In this document: piece by piece, positions 57,109-64,000 of the stretch | Layout of the letters: each line of letters opens with the position of its first letter | Numbering within the stretch: position 1 is the stretch's first letter | Source: Bacilli bacterium | Lineage (GTDB): Bacteria; Bacillota_I; Bacilli_A; RFN20; CAG-826 | Reading direction: 5' to 3' | Length of the DNA stretch: 64,000 nucleotides | NCBI GenBank assembly: GCA_045597865.1 | Contig: JAZLKX010000052.1 | Coordinates: forward strand, 64,001 to 128,000 | Notes under the pieces: model-generated | Told to the model about the DNA's origin: nothing | Seen by the model: the letters and a program-made list of their open reading frames with translations, nothing else | The model's database searches: none | Translations under genes and position numbers: made by a program

Positions 57109-58107
57109 ATGAGTGAATTAGAAAATTTTGTTGATTATTCAGAACAGAAGCGTGAAGATGTTCTGTTAATTGACACAAACAATTTAAGCATGCGCTGTCT
57201 TTTTGCTCTTGCTTATGATCCGACTGATACGAACTTTAATATGTTCAAGTCAGCCTTCTTAGGATCATTGAAGAAGGCAATTAAACAGTTCAAGCCTAAT
57301 AAGGTTATCTTTTGTCAGGAAGGATTCCATAACTGGCGCCGTGACTTGTTCACTGAATACAAATGCAGCCGTGCTCCAGGTCGTGAAGCTTCTCCGGTTG
57401 ACTTTGATGCGTTCTTCAAGATGAATAATGAATTCTTGGAAGATTTGTCAAATGTAATGCAGAACACATTGTTCTTGCGTGTTGACCATCTTGAAGCAGA
57501 CGATCTTATTGCTTTGATTACAAAGCACATGAAGGAATGGAATATCACGACCATTTCAACTGATAAGGATTTTTATCAGTTGCATAAGTTCAGGAACTTT
57601 AAGCAATGGGATCCTATCAAAAACAAATACATTGAAGTCACTGACCCACACGCTGCATTGATGACGAAGATTATCACAGGCGATAAAAGCGATGATATTC
57701 CTCAGTTGAAAAAAGGCGTTGGTCCAAAGACTGTTGTAAAGATCCTTAATGAGGGTCTTGACGAATGGTTGGCTAAGAATGATCTTAAGGATAAGTTTGA
57801 CCATAACCGTCGTCTTATTGATTTTGAGTTCATTCCAACGGATCTTGCGGCAAACGCCATAAATGCAATTAAGTCATGGGAACAAGGCAAATTCTCAGGT
57901 CGTGAATTTTACAACTTTATCGTAAAGCATGGCATGGGCGTTGAACTTGAAAAGCTTGATGAAACTATTGAAATCTTCAGCAAGATTAAACCGGCCGGCG
58001 CTAAGCCTGCTGTTGAACCAATTGACCCAGAAACTAAAGTACAAGTAAATGCAACGGTTCAGGCACATTTACAATCAACCGATGATTGGTTCAAAGAAAT
58101 CATCTAA
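57109..58107 (+). CDS. rnh: T4-type RNase H / 5'-3' exonuclease
   Basis: LIDTNN, WRR..F.EYK..R, EADDLI, STDKDF.QL, GDKSDDIP...GVG.KT. Confidence 0.9.
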   Translation: MSELENFVDYSEQKREDVLLIDTNNLSMRCLFALAYDPTDTNFNMFKSAFLGSLKKAIKQFKPNKVIFCQEGFHNWRRDLFTEYKCSRAPGREASPVDFDAFFKMNNEFLEDLSNVMQNTLFLRVDHLEADDLIALITKHMKEWNITTISTDKDFYQLHKFRNFKQWDPIKNKYIEVTDPHAALMTKIITGDKSDDIPQLKKGVGPKTVVKILNEGLDEWLAKNDLKDKFDHNRRLIDFEFIPTDLAANAINAIKSWEQGKFSGREFYNFIVKHGMGVELEKLDETIEIFSKIKPAGAKPAVEPIDPETKVQVNATVQAHLQSTDDWFKEII

Positions 58108-58148
58108 ACCACAAACAAAGGAAAAATAAAATAGCAAACGAAAACTCT

Positions 58149-58550
58149 ATGGACGATCTTTTCTTGGTTGACTGCGACTTCAACTGGGCAGACGAATTTG
58201 ACCTCGCAGGTTTTGAGATTCTTTCTCGTGGCGCCCTTCTTAACATGAAGGGAGACATGCTGAGGTTGTCTCGTTCCCGCGACTATAATTATGAATATGA
58301 AATCTACTTCGGTACAAATGAAAGCCTTGATTTTTCACCGAGAGATGTCATTCGCATTATTGACAAGGTACTTGAGCAGACACCTATTGCTGAAGATGAT
58401 GCAAAGGTTATTGAACGAGTTATTGGTTCCTGTTGCGCAGTTTGTTCTTTGTCTGAAATTGTAGAACGTATCTGGGAAGAAGCAACTGACAACGGCTTTG
58501 ATGAAGCCGACGAAGAACCAACAGATGAAACGGAGGATGAAGATGAATAA
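58149..58550 (+). CDS. hypothetical acidic protein
   Basis: NWADEFD, YFGTNE motifs. Confidence 0.6.
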   Translation: MDDLFLVDCDFNWADEFDLAGFEILSRGALLNMKGDMLRLSRSRDYNYEYEIYFGTNESLDFSPRDVIRIIDKVLEQTPIAEDDAKVIERVIGSCCAVCSLSEIVERIWEEATDNGFDEADEEPTDETEDEDE

Positions 58551-58686
58551 GCTGGGAATCTTGATTGGCATTGGACTTATTGTCCTTTTGCTGATTGGCA
58601 ACATTAAGGCTCATGGTAGTTATCGTACGTCACTTGATGCAACAGTAAACAATGATGGTAACGAAGAGGTTGTTGAAGACCGTTAA
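58543..58686 (+). CDS. small membrane peptide
   Basis: MNKLGILIGIGLIVLLLIG. Confidence 0.5.
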   Translation: MNKLGILIGIGLIVLLLIGNIKAHGSYRTSLDATVNNDGNEEVVEDR

Positions 58687-58694
58687 GGATTATC

Positions 58695-59195
58695 ATGAAA
58701 CTTAAATATAAGAATCTGTATTCATCTGTCCTAGCTGAATATGAGGCTCTTTCAACTTGTGCTCGCTTGCATGTTGCGGCTATCCTAGTAAAGGATGGTC
58801 GCATTCTTTCCGTGGGCTATAACGGCGTACCGAAAGGCCAGTGTCATTGTACTGCCTATTTCAAACAGACAGACGACGGCTATATGATGCGCAGCACTAT
58901 TGGCGCTGAATGGGAATCTGTTTCAGAGGAACTATTTAAGACCGCACATCATAACTTTGCGGAAGAAAGAGAAATTCATGCTGAAATGAACTGCATCGCT
59001 TTCGCACTTAAAAACGGTATCAATGTTGAGGATTGCGAAATGATCTTATCAGTCGCACCTTGCATGAACTGTGCTAAACTTATTGCTGCGTCTGGCATTA
59101 AAAATGTTTCCTACATCAGGAAATATGATAGGTCAATGGAAGGTGAAAACTTCTTAAAACAATGCGGCGTTAACATCACACCAGTTGACAACTAA
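58695..59195 (+). CDS. dCMP deaminase
   Basis: STC.R..VAA, GYNG.P.G, HAEMN, PC..CAK. Confidence 0.9.
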   Translation: MKLKYKNLYSSVLAEYEALSTCARLHVAAILVKDGRILSVGYNGVPKGQCHCTAYFKQTDDGYMMRSTIGAEWESVSEELFKTAHHNFAEEREIHAEMNCIAFALKNGINVEDCEMILSVAPCMNCAKLIAASGIKNVSYIRKYDRSMEGENFLKQCGVNITPVDN

Positions 59196-59299
59196 CTTCA
59201 TACTTTGTGAATAAATAAAATTGCCAAGGTTAAAAGCCTTGGCTTTTTTCGTTTGTGGAAAGCATGTAAACTAAAATAAATACTAAAAGGAGATGCAAT

Positions 59300-62200
59300 A
59301 TGAAAAAGTTATTGACACTTTTACTTTGCTTATTGGCTTTTGCATCGGCTGCAGATGTAAAACCATTCTATTACGATTATGTTGAACCTGATTCTGCTTC
59401 GCAGCAAGCAGAATTTGATTACATGCTCAAGTACAAGCTATTTGGGCATGATTACCTGACAATGGGAACTCGTGTAATCATTCCTGATAAATCTGGTTGG
59501 AATGGTTCATCGGTTATTGTTTCTGCAGGTGACCAACTTCAGCTTGGCGGTCCGATTCTTTCGCCTTCACCAATTGAGATGGGTAATGAATGTAAAGCAT
59601 TGACTGGTCCTATTGTTGCTGAAGCACTCAGAACAGGTAATGATAATGGAAATTCAATCTTCAGTGGAATTATTTGCTTGGCAGATACAAATGTTTCTAA
59701 TGAAGCAAGAAAAGGTATTACTCGTGGCGAAGGTATATTGACGAATACTTGTGATAGCTTACCAAAGCCACCTGTGAATTTGTCTATTCCGTCCATTCCT
59801 TGGCCTGATGTAATGACGCACGAAGACATCGTTATCAATGCAAATGGTAGTGAGGCTGCAAGCGCTGTTTATATTGATGTGCCAGATGGTGACTCAAAAG
59901 AACCTTATGACATTTACATCAATACGATTGACGCCAACAAGACAAGCAGCAAAGATAGCGCAAAGATTTACTTCCGTATGCAAGACGGCGGTAGACTTGT
60001 TCGTATCTTCGTTCATAACTTGCTAATTGGCAACCATACAACTATTCGGACCGTTTACAAAACAGAAGACGGCGATGAAGTTCAAACACAAAGTCAATAC
60101 CGTGGAAATGTTCTGTTCTATTCTGATAATGACATTACATTTACCAACACTGATAATGTTCCAATCCAAGGTACATTCATTTCTTTGAAAAAGATTGAAC
60201 TTAATTGTAACCTTGATTTTGCTGGGCAGTTGCTTGCTAATGAATTAAAGATTGGCAATGACTTTAAGGGTGAGAATTTCAAGTTCGTTCCGTTTGATAC
60301 ACCTATCGTTGACATTGACCCAGAGCTGAATAAGAATGGCGGTCTTCGTGAAAATGATAGCACAGTCGTTATTCCTATTAAGTTAAGCGATACTGCGACG
60401 GTTGATGTTTATTTCAGTTATTGCTTTGAACTGAATGAAACAGTTGATACGTCAGACTTTAATCTTGAAGGTCTTGAGTTCCCTGTCTGTGGAAAGGACA
60501 CAGGCGCGGTTGTTATTAAGACAGGCGAAAAATGGCCAGCTGACCCAATTCAAGTTAATGTAAAGAAAGATACATTGGTTGAACTTTCTGATACTTTGGT
60601 TGTTCGTATTAAGATTGAGAGCGGCGCAGTTCTACCGAATAATAAAACAGATGGTGTCTTGAAGATTGCTATCATTGATGCTGAATATAAAAATCAGCCA
60701 CCTGTTTTAGACAAGTCACAAAAGATTGACCCTTACGAAGAAGAACAGCTAATTCCGCCTTGTACTGGCGAAATTGGTAAGATTACTGTAAAGGACGAAA
60801 GACCAAATGATCTAAAGTTTGAACTTACCGATCCTTCTGGTTTATTCAAGATTGATAACACAGGCATGATTACAACTGGACATGTGTTTGATTATGAAAC
60901 TGAAGATACTGTTTATGTTGTACAGGTAAAAGTAACTGACAAAGAAGGACTTGCTGACAGCGCTAACTACGAAATCAAAATTAAGAATAAAGATGAAGAC
61001 ATTGCAGCATCTGCTGATATTAAGCCAGTATATGAAGGACCTGCAGATTCTATCGTAGGTGGAATTGTTGGCACGGTAACTGGTAAAGATGGCGATAGTA
61101 CTGTAGTTTCATATACAATGAATGATCCAACTGGTTCATTCGTAATTGACCCTGCTACAGGTGTTATTACCATTGCTAAAGAGCTTGATTACGAAAAGAC
61201 AAACAAATATCCAGTAACTGTTTCAATGACATCTACAGACGGTTCTAAGAAGGATACGAGCTTTGTTATTTCTGTTCTGAATGTAAATGAACCTGTACAC
61301 ATCAAAGATACAACCTTTACAGTTGACGAAAATAAGAAAGGAGTTATTGGCAAGGTTGAGGCTTGGGATGAAGATAATGACAAGATTTACTATACTTTAT
61401 CTGACACAACAAACTATTCTATCTCTGATGGAAAACTAACGTTGAAGAACCCATTTGATTATGAAACTACAAAGGCTGATACTTTATGGGTATATGTTGA
61501 AGACGGCAATAATATGAAAGATTCTGCAAAGGTTATTATCAACGTGAATAACCTAAATGAACCGCTTCATATTGATAGTGTCAAGACAAGTGTTGATGAA
61601 AACACGCCAAAGGGTACCGTTCTTGATACCATTCATGGATATGACGAAGACGGCGACACGATTACATATACTCCGATTGGAACCGACATTACAATCAAGG
61701 ATAGCGTCATCTATCTAAATCGTGATGTTGATTACGAAAAGGACAGCGTCATTCAGGTTAAAGTTATTGCGGCCACCAAAAATGACAAGGACACTATCAC
61801 CGTCACGGTCAAGGTGAATAATGTAAACGAACCTGTTCATGTGAAGGACACTACATTGACTGTGCCTGAAAACAAAACAGGTCCAATTGGTAAAGTTGAA
61901 GCATGGGACGAAGACAATGATAAAATTAGTTATAGGGTTTCTGATAGTACAAAGTATTCTATTGACGATAATGGTGTTATCTCAGTAAAGGTGTCATTTG
62001 ACTTTGAAAAACAGAAGAATGATAGCCTAATCGTTTATGTAACTGATGGAGTTCTTAAGGATTCTGCTGTAATTCATATCAATGTTAAAGATGAACCTGA
62101 ATCATCAAATGTCCAAATCGTTCATGTAGATACACGTGATTCTGTTTACACTGAAACAGATAAGCCAATCTATACGAATGATAAGGACATTGAAATCACT

Positions 62201-63967
62201 TACAAGACTGATGACAAGCATAAAGACACAACTATCACTGGACTAAAGGAAGGTGAGAACAAGATTGAAATCTGTGATGTTGGCGTTGGCAAAGACACCA
62301 AAGGATGTGATACCGTAACCGTTTGGTATTCAAACAAGACACCTATCATCACGGTCGCTACCATTGATAAGAATAAGACTAATGTGAATAACATTACTAT
62401 TATTGATGAACCTGATGGCAACCAGTATGTCAATAATAAGAACCCTGAAATCAAGGTAACTGTTAAGGATCCTACACCTGGTGGTAAGAAAGATACGACA
62501 TTTACTATTAATGTAAATTTAAAAACTGTTGATGTTCCAGTAAAGGCATTAACATCAAAACAGATAGGTTTTGCTAATCCTACTTATGATGCGAAGTACG
62601 AAGTAATTGGCAAAGATTCAGTTCGTGTCTCTTACTATGACCCTAATGCTAAGGCAACAATAAGCTATATCGTCAATGAAAAAGAAGAACTAATAAATGA
62701 TGAATTTACGGTTTCATTTGTTGAAAATGTAAATGGTCAAGATGTTGTAATTTCATACACAACCAATAATGATATTTATGTAGATAAGTATAATATATCT
62801 TATTCAGTTCCACAAGGAAAGGACACTATTACCGTTTCATATCAAGTTGATTCTGATGGTAATATCCAGAAGACAAATGGAAATGTAGGCTACACAATTA
62901 GCTACTCATATACCAATGAATATGGCAATACTGGTAAATCTGAAATTCAGATTGTTCTTGATGATGTTCCGCCTAAGGTTGAAATCTATAAGCTTATTGC
63001 TGGTAAAGATACGCTATATCCTTCCGGCGATAATAAATGGACTGAATACTTAACAACAAGTTCATTGGTTGTATTCTGGACAGTAGACGGCGTTGACCAA
63101 GATACATTAAATCTTCAAGGTCTAAAAGCAGAAAAGCTAAATCCTGTTGTTAGATGCTATCAAGACAAGGCAAATAATCAGACATGCGATACTGTAATGG
63201 TTTATGCTAAGTCCGTTAAAGATATTGAAATCAAGATAGCTCATCCAGTAACTGAAATTGACAAGGATAGAGTTGATTCCTTCTATAATGAAGGTGGCAA
63301 ATATAATCCTAAGAAACCAATTCAGATTATTGCTCAAGATGCTTCCGAAGATAAACTTCCTGAACCTATCGGCGTTGGAATTAAGATTGGACTTGCATTG
63401 CCTATCCTGAACCAAAACGGTGGTATGCCTACAGGCGATGATATAGTTCAGACTGTTGATGGCGTAACTGGTGTTGTAATTGATGGCAATGGCAATGTAG
63501 TTACTGATGCTATTGCAGAAATTCGTGATAAGAATACTAAGATCATTTCCATTGACAATTATGTTGAGAACTACTGTGCTGATGAATACAAAGCAGAAGT
63601 AAGAAAGCGTGGTATTGAACAAGTGCCGTTCTATGATATGAAATACTCAATGCATGTATGGATCTTCAATAACAACGCTGAGTACGTAAATGACTTCAAC
63701 TTTGAATATACCATTGATGAAAATCAGAAGGTTGATGCTTCAGGTATGCTTAACTTGATGGTTGACTGGTTAGCAGCTAAGGACGGATATGTCAAAGCAA
63801 AGAATGGCAAAAATATAGCAACTTCAGCTTATCTAACTAAACTTGAAGCTAAATCAATTTCTACTGCTAGATGCACGCTTAATACAGATACTAAGAAAGG
63901 TACGAAGATTAAGAAAACTGAATATGACTTGACTAGCTTTGGATATAAGAGACCTAAAAAGAAATAA
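59300..63967 (+). CDS. secreted cadherin-repeat protein (Fibrobacter-type)
   Basis: Signal peptide; multiple NVNEP...DYE cadherin repeats; basic C-terminus FGYKRPKKK; late promoter at 59277. Confidence 0.8.
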   Translation: MKKLLTLLLCLLAFASAADVKPFYYDYVEPDSASQQAEFDYMLKYKLFGHDYLTMGTRVIIPDKSGWNGSSVIVSAGDQLQLGGPILSPSPIEMGNECKALTGPIVAEALRTGNDNGNSIFSGIICLADTNVSNEARKGITRGEGILTNTCDSLPKPPVNLSIPSIPWPDVMTHEDIVINANGSEAASAVYIDVPDGDSKEPYDIYINTIDANKTSSKDSAKIYFRMQDGGRLVRIFVHNLLIGNHTTIRTVYKTEDGDEVQTQSQYRGNVLFYSDNDITFTNTDNVPIQGTFISLKKIELNCNLDFAGQLLANELKIGNDFKGENFKFVPFDTPIVDIDPELNKNGGLRENDSTVVIPIKLSDTATVDVYFSYCFELNETVDTSDFNLEGLEFPVCGKDTGAVVIKTGEKWPADPIQVNVKKDTLVELSDTLVVRIKIESGAVLPNNKTDGVLKIAIIDAEYKNQPPVLDKSQKIDPYEEEQLIPPCTGEIGKITVKDERPNDLKFELTDPSGLFKIDNTGMITTGHVFDYETEDTVYVVQVKVTDKEGLADSANYEIKIKNKDEDIAASADIKPVYEGPADSIVGGIVGTVTGKDGDSTVVSYTMNDPTGSFVIDPATGVITIAKELDYEKTNKYPVTVSMTSTDGSKKDTSFVISVLNVNEPVHIKDTTFTVDENKKGVIGKVEAWDEDNDKIYYTLSDTTNYSISDGKLTLKNPFDYETTKADTLWVYVEDGNNMKDSAKVIINVNNLNEPLHIDSVKTSVDENTPKGTVLDTIHGYDEDGDTITYTPIGTDITIKDSVIYLNRDVDYEKDSVIQVKVIAATKNDKDTITVTVKVNNVNEPVHVKDTTLTVPENKTGPIGKVEAWDEDNDKISYRVSDSTKYSIDDNGVISVKVSFDFEKQKNDSLIVYVTDGVLKDSAVIHINVKDEPESSNVQIVHVDTRDSVYTETDKPIYTNDKDIEITYKTDDKHKDTTITGLKEGENKIEICDVGVGKDTKGCDTVTVWYSNKTPIITVATIDKNKTNVNNITIIDEPDGNQYVNNKNPEIKVTVKDPTPGGKKDTTFTINVNLKTVDVPVKALTSKQIGFANPTYDAKYEVIGKDSVRVSYYDPNAKATISYIVNEKEELINDEFTVSFVENVNGQDVVISYTTNNDIYVDKYNISYSVPQGKDTITVSYQVDSDGNIQKTNGNVGYTISYSYTNEYGNTGKSEIQIVLDDVPPKVEIYKLIAGKDTLYPSGDNKWTEYLTTSSLVVFWTVDGVDQDTLNLQGLKAEKLNPVVRCYQDKANNQTCDTVMVYAKSVKDIEIKIAHPVTEIDKDRVDSFYNEGGKYNPKKPIQIIAQDASEDKLPEPIGVGIKIGLALPILNQNGGMPTGDDIVQTVDGVTGVVIDGNGNVVTDAIAEIRDKNTKIISIDNYVENYCADEYKAEVRKRGIEQVPFYDMKYSMHVWIFNNNAEYVNDFNFEYTIDENQKVDASGMLNLMVDWLAAKDGYVKAKNGKNIATSAYLTKLEAKSISTARCTLNTDTKKGTKIKKTEYDLTSFGYKRPKKK

Positions 63968-64000
63968 CAAGACATAACATTTTAAGAAGAATTTCGCCTA

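Noticed and set aside
1658-63622. Numerous antisense and out-of-frame ORFs in the six-frame track (e.g. 2324..2857, 3120..3863, 34111..34653, 44716..45261)
   Set aside because: They overlap well-supported + strand genes, lack RBS and motifs, and are shadow ORFs
1-64000. Genome-wide TAG reassignment (genetic code 15)
   Set aside because: All long conserved early and late genes are intact under code 11, and several TAG stops abut the next RBS or start; only two readthrough candidates

Overview
This window looks like a fragment of a large, AT-rich, T4-related (Tevenvirinae-like or jumbo myovirus) lytic phage genome. Almost all genes are on the + strand. The replication core is recognisable: family B DNA polymerase (gp43), UvsX, gp41 helicase, probable gp33 and gp59, gp32 SSB, RNase H, RuvC-like resolvase, gp4 head completion nuclease, ThyX and dCMP deaminase. 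T4-like late promoters ((A/T)ATAAATA) and sigma70-like early promoters are also present. A large secreted cadherin-repeat protein resembling Fibrobacter proteins suggests a rumen or gut Fibrobacter-like host (inference). Most notable observations: (1) a separately transcribed pair of structured 'ACAGCAA' ncRNAs directly upstream of a DUF2828 (TROVE/Ro60-like vWA) gene, a candidate phage ribonucleoprotein system, accompanied by an RNA-repair module; (2) an apparently complete sugar-cytosine DNA hypermodification pathway (dCMP-specific TS-fold enzyme, dNMP kinase, GT-B transferase, HAD phosphatase, SIS isomerase, Rpe-family epimerase, NTP-transferase/kinase fusion) that may add an unusual sugar; (3) a shared capsid-targeting-like N-terminal motif on several late proteins; (4) a homing endonuclease with a kissing-loop/anti-SD leader; (5) a recurrent fused terminator-promoter cassette. 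All assignments come from reading motifs by eye; no database searches were run.
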